Positions 10,501 through 19,475 of a DNA stretch of 48,538 nt are shown here, in pieces (positions within the stretch are counted from its first letter, which is position 1; each line of letters starts with the position of its first letter). Below the pieces are notes generated by a model. The model was not told where the DNA came from, made no database searches, and saw only the letters and a list, made by a program, of their open reading frames with translations. Where the stretch lies: contig JBDTZW010000236.1 in the NCBI GenBank assembly GCA_040004905.1, forward strand, positions 1 through 48,538, read 5' to 3'. The DNA comes from Acidobacteriota bacterium (lineage in GTDB: Bacteria; Acidobacteriota; Blastocatellia; Pyrinomonadales; Pyrinomonadaceae). The position numbers and the translations under genes are program-made.

Positions 10501-13500
10501 CCTTCCCAGGACTGAAAGCACCGGGACAGACGAACTCAGGGATGTCGATATCAGTTGGCTGCGGCTCGCAGCCCGGCGCACATGGCGTTACTTCGAAGCA
10601 TTCGTAGGTGAAAGCGAGCATTGGCTTCCGCCGGACAACTTTCAGCAGGATCCCATGGACCGAATAGCCCATCGGACGTCACCAACCAATATAGGACTGT
10701 TGCTGCTTTCGACGCTTGCGGCACGGGATTTCGGTTACACCGGAACGCTCGAAACGATCGAGCGGATAGAATTGACCTGCATGACTCTTGAACGCCTACG
10801 GCGTTTTCGCGGTCATTTCTATAACTGGTACGACACGCAAACTCTTGAGCCATTGGTGCCGGAGTATATTTCGACCGTGGACAGCGGCAATCTCGCGGGT
10901 CATCTCATCGCCGTCGCCGAAGGATGTCTGGAATTCGCAAATGATCCGCTGTTTGGCGAACATACAATTAAGGGCTTCCTCGACGCGTTCCTATCTCTCA
11001 AAAGTGAGGTTGGGCAGCTAGTAAAGGGCAATTTGGTCATCGCACCCTCCCAACTAAGTGTTATTAAAACCGCCATCGACGAAGCTGAAGCATTGCTCCA
11101 CAAAACCCAGCCGCTTGATCGAAACGGATGGCAACGCTTTTTTTCAATTTTGGCGCAAGACGGTGAAGCACTCACAAATTTAATAAAGAACTGCCCGATG
11201 CCAAAGGACGAGGCGGCCGAATTGATCTATTGGACTACGGCCATCGTCAGGTTGGCAGATAATTGCGACCGCGATCTGCAGATGTTAGTGGTTCCCGAAC
11301 CTTCCAGCGACCGAAGGGAGCAAGTGGAACTAGCTAGGCGCCATTTTGCTGAGAGACTGGAAAGCGTTGCGCGTCTTTGTCGCCGCCTTTCCAGGGAAAT
11401 GGATTTTGCATTTCTCTATGACGACGAGCAGAAGGTTTTAACGGTCGGCTATCGTCCGGCAGAAAACGTACGGGACAATTCCTTTTATGATCTGCTTGCC
11501 TCCGAAGCTCGCCTTGCGAGCTTTATTGCCGTTGCGTCAGGCGCTGTCGAGCAGGAACACTGGTTTCGACTCGGTCGAGGGCTTGTCAAGGCTGACGGCC
11601 GACGGGCGCTCGTATCGTGGTCGGGCACGATGTTTGAATATCTAATGCCGCTGCTGGTGATGCGAAATTACGAACGCACCTTGCTAAATGAGACTTACCT
11701 AACTGTCGTGCGGCGGCAAATCGACTACGGAAAGGAAAATAACGTGGCCTGGGGCGTTTCCGAGTCGGCTTACAATGCCCGGGATCTGCAGCTAAATTTT
11801 CAATATGCTCCATTCGGCGTTCCCGGCCTGGGATTAAAACGAGGCTTGGCGGAGGATCTTGTGATCACGCCCTACGCAACGGCCCTTGCTCTACCACTGG
11901 CACCGGCGGCGGCCATAGCAAACCTTCGCCGGCTTGCCGATGAGGGAATGTTTGCACGCTATGGTTTCTTCGAGGCAGTCGACTATACACGTAACCGGCT
12001 CCCACCAAAACAGATCTCCACCCGGATCGAAACCTATATGTCGCATCATCAAGGTATGATCCTGGTCGCGCTCGATAATGTGTTACAGGACAACGTGATG
12101 CAAAAGCGTTTTCATCGCGAGCCGATGATCGAATCCGCAGGCCTTCTTCTTCAGGAACGTGTACCGCGTTTTACCGAAGAAGCGGAGCGTCCGGGCGGTA
12201 CCGAAACGATGGGCGGTAATAGCAACGATCGCTCCCGTGCTCTTGTTTCTCCTGTATCTCGCCGTTACACTTCCGCAAATCAATCGACACCGCAGGTTTG
12301 CCTTTTATCAAACGGTAATTACACCTCGATGCTGACTACCGCGGGAAGTGGCTTTTCGCGCTGCGGCAACTGGGCGGTGACGCGTTGGCGCGAAGATGTC
12401 GTTCGTGACGATTGGGGTCAGTATTTCTACCTTCGCGACGTTCGAAGCGGGGCGATCTGGTCAACCGGGTTTCAACCCACACTTCGCGAACCGCAGGATT
12501 ACGAAGTAACCTTTACGGAAAGCAAGGCCGAATTTAGGCGACGCGACGCAGGAATTTCCACCCGCATGGAAGTGATCGTGGCAACCGAAGACGACGCGGA
12601 ATTGCGTCGTATCACGGTGAAAAACGATTCGAGCCGGACTCGTGAGATCGAGATCACGAGCTATGCGGAGATCGTTCTCAGCGAACAAGCCACCGACGAG
12701 GCTCATTTGGCGTTCAACAAGATGTTCGTGGAAACGGAGTATGTTTCAGCGCAGCAAACCATACTTGCCCGCCGCCGCCCGCGTTCTACCGATGAATCGG
12801 AAGTTTGGGGAGCACAAACAGTCGCTGTTGAAGGCGCCATGATCGGGGAAGTAAATTTTGAAACCGGCCGGCTTCTCTTTCTCGGCCGAAACCGGACAGT
12901 TCAAAACCCGGCCTCGGTTTCCGACGACACCGCGCGATCCGGAACCGCCGGGGCGACTCTCGATCCGATTTTCAGTTTTCGTATGAGTTTTGCGATGGAG
13001 CCCGGGGAATCATTCACGGTGGTCCTTTCAACGGTAGTCGCTGCTTCGCGTGACAAGTCACTTGCCTTAGCCGACAAATATCGTGACCCAAACTCATTTA
13101 GCCGAGCCGAAAAACTGGCGTGGACCCGTTCGCAGGTCGAACTGCGTCATCTCAGCATTACGACGGACGAAGCCAACCTATTCCAGCGTCTCGCGGGCCA
13201 CCTCATATACGCGGATGAAACATTGCGGCCGCGCGCCCGGGTCTTGAAACTCAATAAGGGAACTCAGAAAGATTTGTGGAAATACGGCATCGGTGGTGAT
13301 TTGCCATTGATGATCGTTCGCGTCAGCGAGGGCAAGGACGCGCGGTCGGGGATTCGCCAGATCCTGCGCGGACATGCCTATCTGCACGGTAAAAGACTCT
13401 TGTTTGACCTTTTGATATTGAACGACCAGCCGACCAGTTATGAACAATCCTTCAATGAAGATTTGCAGTCGATGATTCGTTCGGGGGGTATGCAAACTCG

Positions 13501-16132
13501 GATGGATACTCCCGGCGGCATTTTTTTGCGGAGAGCGGACATCATGACGGACGCAGACCGCCTTACGCTTCATACGGCGGCGCGGGTGTGCTTTGTTACC
13601 GAACGCGGAACGCTTGAAGAGGAACTGGCACGAAGTATGAAGGAAGCGGAATTGCCGCGGTTGTTCATCCCAAAACAATCGTCGCGGGTATATGCCGATA
13701 CGGCCGATATAGAACCCGAAATTGATCTTAAAAATGAATTTGGCGGTTTCACTGCGCTGGGAAGCGAGTTTCGCATAAAACTTGAACAAGATAGATCGAC
13801 CCCGGCACCGTGGTCGAATGTTATTTCTAATGAGAAGGGATTTGGTTTCCTGACCACAGAAACCGGTCTGGGCGTAACCTGGTCAAATAACAGCCATGAA
13901 AATCGTTTGACGGGATGGTCAAATGACGCCGTGGGCGATCCCCCATCGGAGTGCATCTTTTTGCGTGACGAAGAGACGGGCAGCTTTTGGACGCCAACAG
14001 CTCTCCCTATACGCGAAACGTTTCCTTACGTCATAACGCACGGCAGCGGCTATTCGATCTTTGAACACACGAGTCACGGAATCACCCAGGAATTGCTGGT
14101 TTTCGCCCCCGTGTATGAAAACGTTAAGATCTCTCGGCTGCGATTGAAAAATCTAACTTCACGTACCCGCCAGATCTCCACCACATATTTTGCCGAACTG
14201 GTGCTTGGCGTAAACCGGGCCCACTCTGCTCCGTTTATCATCACGGAAATTGACTCTGCGACCGGGGCGATCCTCGTGAAAAATCCGTACAACGGTGAGT
14301 TTGCCGATCGCATTGCGTTTGTCGCATCGACCGAGTCATCGCATACCTGGACCTGCGACCGTCAGGAATTTATTGGCCGTAATGGTACTCTGGCGCGTCC
14401 CGCTGCAATGCTTCGCACAAATCTATCGGGAGCGATCGGCTCGGGAATGGACCCGTGTGCCGGACTACAAACCAAGATCGAAATCGAACCGGGTGAAACG
14501 CGCGAAATAGTTTTTCTGCTCGGTCAGGAGGATTCTCTTGAAAATGCTAGACGCTGCGTCTCACAATATCGCCAAAAACGACACGTGGAGGAAGAGTTTA
14601 CCCGGGCCAAAGAGTTTTGGAATAAAACGCTGGGTGCAGTTCAGATCAAGACGCCAGATGACTCTATGAACTTGATGATGAATCGCTGGCTGCTTTATCA
14701 GACCTTAGCGTGCCGTTTCTGGGCGCGGACCGCGTTCTACCAATCCAGCGGAGCATTCGGTTTCCGCGACCAACTCCAAGATTCAATGGCTCTCGTCTAT
14801 ACACGGCCGGATCTTGCCAGGGCCCATATTTTGCGGGCTGCCGCACACCAATTCAAAGAAGGTGACGTTGAACATTGGTGGCATGAACCGTCAAACGCAG
14901 GGACCCGGACACGCATTTCCGACAATTTGATCTGGCTCATTTATGTTGTTTGTTTTTACGCTGAAAAAACCGGCGAGACCGATATTTTTGATGAGGTCGT
15001 TCCGTTTCTGGACGCACCCGTCTTAGCGATCGGTGAGATGGAAACGTATATTCGACCGATCGTTTCAGGGGAAAGCGGAACTATATTTGAACACTGTGTT
15101 CGGGCTCTGGAGATAAGCTTACCGACTGGTTCGCATGGATTGCCGCTGATAGGCGCAGGCGACTGGAGCGACGGCTTGAACCGCGTCGGTGTGGCGGGCA
15201 AAGGCGAGAGCGTCTGGCTCGCTTGGTTCTTGGCAAAGAGCCTGAATGATTTTTCGACGGTTTGCGATCAACGTAATGAGGTCGATCGGGCCGAAAAGTA
15301 TCGCGGTCACGCGAAACTTCTTATCGAGAATCTGGAAGAAAGCGCATGGGACGGCGATTGGTACATCCGGGCGTTCTTCGATGACGGAGTGCCGCTCGGC
15401 TCGAAACAAAACGACGAAAGCCGTATCGATTCGATCTCCCAAAGCTGGAGCGTGATCTCCGGAAAAGGCAAAAAGGAACGTGCCGAGCTCGCGATGCGGT
15501 CGGTTGACGAGCATTTGATCAAACGGGAAGAAAAATTACTTCTCCTGCTCGATCCGCCATTTGATAAGGGCGTCCTTGAGCCCGGTTATATCAAAGGATA
15601 TCCGCCGGGAATTAGAGAGAACGGCGGACAATACACACACGCGGCCGCATGGACGATAATTGCCTTCGCACTTTTGGGCGACGGCGAAAAGGCGCATGAA
15701 ATATTTTCGCTTTTGAATCCGATAAATCATACGCGAACAAACGAGGACGTTGCGAAATACAGAACGGAACCGTATGCTGTCGCGGCCGATATTTATTCTA
15801 ATCCGATGCACGTCGGGCAAGGCGGCTGGACTTGGTACACGGGAGCGGCCGGATGGATGTACCGCGCTGCACTCGAAAACATTCTGGGATTCAAAAAGAC
15901 GGGCGATACTCTATCGATCGAACCGTGCATCCCGCGGGAATGGAAAGAATTTGAAATCGTGTATAGCTACAGATCGACGATCTATCAAATAAAGGTCGAG
16001 AATCCGCACGGGGTAAGGAGCGGTATTTTCAGCGCGGAGTTAGACGGAAAAAAGCTCTCAGTTAACCGCGTCGAACTTGTTGACGATGGAGAGACACACG
16101 CAGTAAGGATCATGCTCGGCGCAGGGGATTAA
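7505..16132 (+). CDS. ndvB: cyclic beta-1,2-glucan synthase (GT84 + GH94-like, NdvB/ChvB/Cgs type)
   Basis: Single 2875-aa ORF whose size and layout match NdvB/ChvB/Cgs. It has multi-TM blocks, transferase motifs ITLDADTQLP and QHRWVRGDWQ, a central GHFYNWYD / VDSGNLAGHL region, and a C-terminal GH94-phosphorylase-like domain (FGFRDQLQD, GDWSDGLN, GGQYTHAAAW). GTG 7505 overlaps the USP stop, but the exact start is uncertain. Confidence 0.9.
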   Translation: MFEFLRFGQADIIQPSLAVEIDSSLDNDVFSLDRLQTRAVELAATHQVRDDGKRGFDLLARLGDNKNELIKAYRALTDPAQNEPLTPSAEWLVDNFHVVEDQLREVRQDLPLKFYRELPKLGTGIFESYPRIYHLALEVVTHTDNRLDAVTLGTFLEAYQNGQPLTIGEIWAFPISLRLALIENLRHFATRIRQGSRDRADADILADELATVTEKEFSGKTFDLLTENFDGGRVTENFSQAFLVRLAARLYEGEDFVGYALEKLQRRLRPEGVTLEHLAQREHSRQAAAQVSVANIITSMRLLSTLDWRDFFENASRVDRVLRNDPAKAYGEMDFATRDTYRRQIERIAKRTRIDEITVARRAVELAANRANDERKRHVGHFLIEREGLAEIEGSFNYTANFRERFERVLLRHPSSFYLVVIAGLTIIFLILTACAVSGSDTSTLALVFAVMLAVVPASELAVTIVNRTVNTILKPRLLPKMELKNGIPEKARTVVVVPTFLTDRMTIAELCGNLEVYYLANRDNQLFFALLGDLRDADAESISSDTELRDAARHTVAELNRKYFEPETEPQFLFFSRRREWNEGEGKWICPERKRGNLHAFSQLLRGKTDKTYDLDETVDFEFLKSIRYVITLDADTQLPRDAARKLIGTIEHPLNRPVLDAKVGRVTKGYAILQPRIEISLTSSLVAPFARIFSDGKGFDPYTTAVSDVYQDLFGEGSYVGKGLYDVDAFESALDRRVPKNKLLSHDLFEGLYARVALLTDIALYDDFPTTYESFAKRQHRWVRGDWQIAGWLLPSVLNEDGQVVKNSLPLIAKWKILDNLRRSLVAPALLLWLFSAWTFESILPLAATIFALIVLSAPLYLHVVTTQIPPTESNRWKNAQIHFSNLWADVKTIVTQLFFRFAFLVHEASSTTDAILRVSYRKMISGRYLLEWVTAAQSEELKGQDLIGYFSFMASSPIIAFGLFIAISVFHPEGLITALPFLAIWALAPFIAFRLSLPRTESTGTDELRDVDISWLRLAARRTWRYFEAFVGESEHWLPPDNFQQDPMDRIAHRTSPTNIGLLLLSTLAARDFGYTGTLETIERIELTCMTLERLRRFRGHFYNWYDTQTLEPLVPEYISTVDSGNLAGHLIAVAEGCLEFANDPLFGEHTIKGFLDAFLSLKSEVGQLVKGNLVIAPSQLSVIKTAIDEAEALLHKTQPLDRNGWQRFFSILAQDGEALTNLIKNCPMPKDEAAELIYWTTAIVRLADNCDRDLQMLVVPEPSSDRREQVELARRHFAERLESVARLCRRLSREMDFAFLYDDEQKVLTVGYRPAENVRDNSFYDLLASEARLASFIAVASGAVEQEHWFRLGRGLVKADGRRALVSWSGTMFEYLMPLLVMRNYERTLLNETYLTVVRRQIDYGKENNVAWGVSESAYNARDLQLNFQYAPFGVPGLGLKRGLAEDLVITPYATALALPLAPAAAIANLRRLADEGMFARYGFFEAVDYTRNRLPPKQISTRIETYMSHHQGMILVALDNVLQDNVMQKRFHREPMIESAGLLLQERVPRFTEEAERPGGTETMGGNSNDRSRALVSPVSRRYTSANQSTPQVCLLSNGNYTSMLTTAGSGFSRCGNWAVTRWREDVVRDDWGQYFYLRDVRSGAIWSTGFQPTLREPQDYEVTFTESKAEFRRRDAGISTRMEVIVATEDDAELRRITVKNDSSRTREIEITSYAEIVLSEQATDEAHLAFNKMFVETEYVSAQQTILARRRPRSTDESEVWGAQTVAVEGAMIGEVNFETGRLLFLGRNRTVQNPASVSDDTARSGTAGATLDPIFSFRMSFAMEPGESFTVVLSTVVAASRDKSLALADKYRDPNSFSRAEKLAWTRSQVELRHLSITTDEANLFQRLAGHLIYADETLRPRARVLKLNKGTQKDLWKYGIGGDLPLMIVRVSEGKDARSGIRQILRGHAYLHGKRLLFDLLILNDQPTSYEQSFNEDLQSMIRSGGMQTRMDTPGGIFLRRADIMTDADRLTLHTAARVCFVTERGTLEEELARSMKEAELPRLFIPKQSSRVYADTADIEPEIDLKNEFGGFTALGSEFRIKLEQDRSTPAPWSNVISNEKGFGFLTTETGLGVTWSNNSHENRLTGWSNDAVGDPPSECIFLRDEETGSFWTPTALPIRETFPYVITHGSGYSIFEHTSHGITQELLVFAPVYENVKISRLRLKNLTSRTRQISTTYFAELVLGVNRAHSAPFIITEIDSATGAILVKNPYNGEFADRIAFVASTESSHTWTCDRQEFIGRNGTLARPAAMLRTNLSGAIGSGMDPCAGLQTKIEIEPGETREIVFLLGQEDSLENARRCVSQYRQKRHVEEEFTRAKEFWNKTLGAVQIKTPDDSMNLMMNRWLLYQTLACRFWARTAFYQSSGAFGFRDQLQDSMALVYTRPDLARAHILRAAAHQFKEGDVEHWWHEPSNAGTRTRISDNLIWLIYVVCFYAEKTGETDIFDEVVPFLDAPVLAIGEMETYIRPIVSGESGTIFEHCVRALEISLPTGSHGLPLIGAGDWSDGLNRVGVAGKGESVWLAWFLAKSLNDFSTVCDQRNEVDRAEKYRGHAKLLIENLEESAWDGDWYIRAFFDDGVPLGSKQNDESRIDSISQSWSVISGKGKKERAELAMRSVDEHLIKREEKLLLLLDPPFDKGVLEPGYIKGYPPGIRENGGQYTHAAAWTIIAFALLGDGEKAHEIFSLLNPINHTRTNEDVAKYRTEPYAVAADIYSNPMHVGQGGWTWYTGAAGWMYRAALENILGFKKTGDTLSIEPCIPREWKEFEIVYSYRSTIYQIKVENPHGVRSGIFSAELDGKKLSVNRVELVDDGETHAVRIMLGAGD

Positions 16133-16625
16133 TGCTAGTCGAAGAACTAACCGAAAGAGAATGTTTCAAATTCTTAAAGGAAAAATGGCTCGGAAGATTG
16201 GCGACCTCGCAGGACGACCAGCCATATATCGTACCGTTCCAGTTTGTCTTTGACGGGGAACGCCTTTTATACGCGTTTTCGACACTCGGTCAAAAATTGA
16301 GTGGATGAGGGAGAATCCGCTGGTTTGTGTAGAAATCGGAGATGCCGCCGTCAACCAGTCCAATTGGACCAGTCTGGTTATTTTCGGGCGGTACGAAGAA
16401 TTGCCCAACACGTTCGACCTTGAAGCAGAACGCAAGCACGCATACGACTTGCTTTCGAGCCACCCGATGTGGTGGCAGCCCGCGATCGCCCGTCGAACGC
16501 ATTGAAATCAAAACGTGACTGAAGAACCTATCTATTTTCGGATTCACATCGGATCAATGACAGGACACCACGCCTCGCCACTGACTCCGATCTATGATAT
16601 TAGTGCACGGGTAGTTTGCTCCTGA
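16132..16625 (+). pseudogene. PNPOx-like (pyridoxamine 5'-phosphate oxidase family / Pyridox_ox_2) gene with a 1-nt deletion and an in-frame TGA
   Basis: ATG 16132 overlaps the ndvB stop (TAATG). The frame reads MLVEELTERECFKFLKEKWLGRLATSQDDQPYIVPFQFVFDGERLLYAFSTLGQK and then stops at 16306-16308. Adding one A to the A5 run at 16292-16296 gives GQKIEWMRENPLVCVEI..., joining it to track ORF 16305..16505. After the TGA at 16503-16505 the same frame continues with the family-typical tail EEPIYFRIHIGSMTGHHA up to TGA 16623-16625. Confidence 0.7.
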
Positions 16626-17294
16626 TGTCGCTTCTAATTCGCAGTTGCGCCTTCTCGCCGACAAAGCGCGGATTTCAACCTCTAAATTTACTCCATATTC
16701 CCCAAGTGTCTTTACGATTCGAATCTTGCCGACTTATAAGGTCGCTCCGTGCTACATAAAGGCCACAAAATATTTTGATGGGATTGACAGCCATCTATTA
16801 GTGGTCTACAACCGCATAAACCTTACGGACCTAATGAGACATCTTAAACTAGAAGATCGTTATCGAAGGTGTTGTAAGGTGCATCGACACTCTAGGCCCT
16901 GATGAGTGAAAAGACTATTCGATCGGAACATAATTTTCTTACTCAACTTAACCGTTTTTTAAGGCTCTCAGATCCTCCGAGTCCGTTGTGGTATTAGACC
17001 GCCCTTAACTCGCCTATATGGCCTCGGAATTTACATCCGAGAGGAACATAGAAAGCGATACGGACAAACCCTCGGCGATTGACGCGGAGGTACGAGGTGA
17101 GTCTAAAAGATTGTTAACACTTTTACTTAGCGTGAGTCGTTGACATTCCATGGCAGTCGATCTTTCCTCCTATTAAGCCAAAGGTTGTTAGATTGGACTT
17201 CTAAATACGGATAGTTTCTTCAAAAAGCTCGGGGCAGCCAGGCGATCAACCATTTGAATGATGTCAAAAGGTGAATAAAAGGGTGGATAAAAGA

Positions 17295-17316
17295 AAAACC
17301 GGCTATCGCCGGTTTT
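17295..17316 (-). terminator. stem-loop immediately 3' of the tRNA fragment (intrinsic-terminator-like)
   Basis: aaaaccggc-tatc-gccggtttt is a perfect 9-bp stem with a 4-nt loop. It is flanked by A/T runs on both sides and lies 17 nt downstream of the tRNA CCA end on the minus strand. Confidence 0.5.
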
Positions 17317-17332
17317 AACTTTTTAATTTTAA

Positions 17333-17382
17333 TGGTGATCCGAGAAGGACTCGAACCTTCGACCCAATGGTTAAAAGCCATT
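17333..17382 (-). tRNA. 3' fragment of tRNA-Lys(UUU) (anticodon arm to CCA), not a full-length tRNA; probable att remnant
   Basis: The reverse complement reads AATGG-CTTTTAA-CCATT (anticodon arm, UUU), GGGTC (variable region), GAAGG-TTCGAGT-CCTTC (T arm), then TCGGATC-ACCA. The required 5' acceptor strand GATCCGA and a canonical D arm are absent from the next ~40 nt (17383-17420). Confidence 0.75.
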
Positions 17383-17481
17383 TCTAGCTAATTCTACCTG
17401 ATGCAATAGGATACACAATCCAGCATTTTTGGGCATTTCAGCTTGATACTCATACTAGCTGAAGCTATATTATCTATGTCA

Positions 17482-17505
17482 AATAGTCCCTAAAATAGTC
17501 CCTAA
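17482..17505. repeat. perfect tandem 12-mer (AATAGTCCCTAA x2) about 40 nt upstream of the integrase ATG
   Basis: Read directly: 17482-17493 and 17494-17505 are identical. A near-tandem pair GGTGAATAAAAG/GGTGGATAAAAG also lies at 17270-17293, on the other side of the tRNA fragment. Function unknown; possibly recombinase or regulator binding sites. Confidence 0.6.
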
Positions 17506-17545
17506 CATTACTGCAACTCAATGTGTGGAATTCGGGATAATCACT

Positions 17546-18733
17546 ATGTCAAAACCCCGTCGAGCAAGATACGGAAACTACGCTTTTAGGGACGCCAATG
17601 GCAAACTGTATGCTCGCGTCCAACTCCGGCAGGCTGACGGAAGCCTCAAGACCTACAAGAAGCGTGCGATAAACCTAACCCATGTTCAACAGTTGGCAGA
17701 GGAGATTCTCTCACAGTATAAACAACGTGGCCAAGCCTATATTGACGGGCATGGGATGACCCTTGAGAGATTAGCTGAATGGTACAAGATCGAATATGTC
17801 ATCCCACCTGTATATGTGGATGGCGTGAAGATTGAAGGAATGCGAACTTGGGAGTCCGAACGTAACAAGATCGATCGAATAGTAAAAACAATCGGGGGAG
17901 CTAGTCTGATCGCTGAGCTTGATGAATCATCCTTCCGCACCTTTAGAAAGAAGCGCATTAACCAAGGCGTAACCATCACTACTGTCAACCGTGATTTTGA
18001 ATCGATTCGCGCGATGATGCGAAAGGCAAAGAAGAAGAAGTGGCTTAAAGAACTTCCCGATTTTGATGGTTTTATTCAGAAAGGATTAGAAAATCGAAGA
18101 ACTGTAACAGTTACGGGCGAGCAGGAAAAACGGATCCTTGCTGAAGCTCGTAAAGTATTGAATACAGCCCCGCGCTTATATCCATTAATTATATCGCTTA
18201 GGGATTCCGGTGCCCGACCGAATGAACTCTATCCGGTCAATGACAATGATACGGATTACTCAAATGACGCTAACACTTTCTACGAACCTATACGCTGGCG
18301 CGACTTATTTGATGATATCGGCAGGTTTAAAGATTTAACTACACTTGTATCTTACAAAGGTAAGCGACGTGAAGTCCGAAAAGCTATCGTTTCTGAAAGG
18401 ATGAAAAACGCCCTTCGGGAATTGTGGCAACGTTTAGAGACGAGCAAGGTGATTCCTGATCACGCTGCTCATCCAGATAATTTGATCTTTCCGTATACTA
18501 CATTCAAGAAATCGTGGACTATTGTTCGGGAAGCTGCAGGGATGCCCGGATTGCGATTGCGAGATTTGCGACGAGACTGGGTTACCCGCCTGGGGCGCCT
18601 CGGATATTCCGACAAGTTAGCCCAGCGTGGAGCTGGTCACAAGAAAATGCAGACCAGCTTTGAATATACTGAGTTCGACGAGGCCGCCGCTCTTCAGGCT
18701 AAGTTGCTGATTGATACTGATAATCTGTCGTAA
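17546..18733 (+). CDS. tyrosine recombinase / phage-type integrase
   Basis: Box-I Arg in LRDSGARPNEL, second Arg region RLRDLRRDW, and C-terminal GHKKMQTSFEYTEF (His...Tyr). I prefer ATG 17546 (MSKPRR...) over the track GTG 17525. It lies adjacent to the tRNA fragment. Confidence 0.85.
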   Translation: MSKPRRARYGNYAFRDANGKLYARVQLRQADGSLKTYKKRAINLTHVQQLAEEILSQYKQRGQAYIDGHGMTLERLAEWYKIEYVIPPVYVDGVKIEGMRTWESERNKIDRIVKTIGGASLIAELDESSFRTFRKKRINQGVTITTVNRDFESIRAMMRKAKKKKWLKELPDFDGFIQKGLENRRTVTVTGEQEKRILAEARKVLNTAPRLYPLIISLRDSGARPNELYPVNDNDTDYSNDANTFYEPIRWRDLFDDIGRFKDLTTLVSYKGKRREVRKAIVSERMKNALRELWQRLETSKVIPDHAAHPDNLIFPYTTFKKSWTIVREAAGMPGLRLRDLRRDWVTRLGRLGYSDKLAQRGAGHKKMQTSFEYTEFDEAAALQAKLLIDTDNLS

Positions 18734-18885
18734 CTATGCAAAGATTATTTTGTGCCGGTTTTGATCAACACTGCGGAATTCTCGCACCCCAACCAATCTA
18801 GGCGCGGATCATAAGTTCTCAAATTCGCTTACAACACTCTAAAATCGACACTCTTCTGCATCAACCAAAACTTACACATCAGTGT

Positions 18886-18948
18886 GAATCGATATAACTG
18901 CAACCATTTTGCAGCCAACTAGGCCGAATCGATTCACCGAATCGATAT
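18886..18948. promoter_or_regulatory. cluster of three GAATCGAT boxes with an adjacent hairpin (candidate operator)
   Basis: GAATCGATAT at 18886-18895, the perfect palindrome GAATCGATTC at 18926-18935, and GAATCGATAT at 18939-18948. CTGCAA-ccatt-TTGCAG hairpin at 18899-18915. All lie in a 715-nt ORF-free spacer. Confidence 0.35.
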
Positions 18949-19475
18949 CCAAATTTGCAGTGATTGATGCCGTGTCCGGCGAGTAACATATCGTACTGGC
19001 ACCGTGCACCGCCCGCGTTCGACGACAATAAAGCATTCTCGAACTGCGAGATAGAATTTTTGATGTGCCAGACTAAAAAAAAATGAAAGGTTTTGCCTGA
19101 TTTTCTCATTACTAATGAGAAGGCAAATCAAGTACACGAATATGGTGGCAGCATCACTCGTGTTAGCGAGCAGGGGATAGTGGCGGGATCGTAATGGTTA
19201 TGCTTGCGTTTTTGAAAAACTGTTGTACACTTTTTCAAATTCAAGTAACAGCGTTCTCACTTAGGTGGCTTGAGGAGATCTTAAGCTTTACTCCCAAACC
19301 TTGGCACTTATTTTTAGCAGCTTGAACTGAGTCAATCCCAGGCTTAACCTGCGGTTCCCACAGTTTTCGACAAGCTCATTCCTTAAAACGAATACAAGCG
19401 GCTTATCTTTGTCCGTAGGTACGCCGTATTTAAATTCATCAACGCATTTTGCCGAAAAAACATCGGAGGAAAAAT

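Noticed and set aside
16645-16902. 85-aa ORF in the 16.6-17.3 kb spacer.
   Set aside because: It has a non-ATG start, no RBS, and a composition typical of AT-rich non-coding DNA. I recognise no motif. I treat the spacer as non-coding or degraded.
17333-17410. Full-length tRNA-Lys gene.
   Set aside because: The T arm, variable region, anticodon arm and CCA are perfect. However, the sequence where the 5' acceptor strand and D arm should be (…GCATCAGGTAGAATTAGCTAGA) cannot pair with TCGGATC and forms no canonical D stem. Only a 3' fragment is supported.
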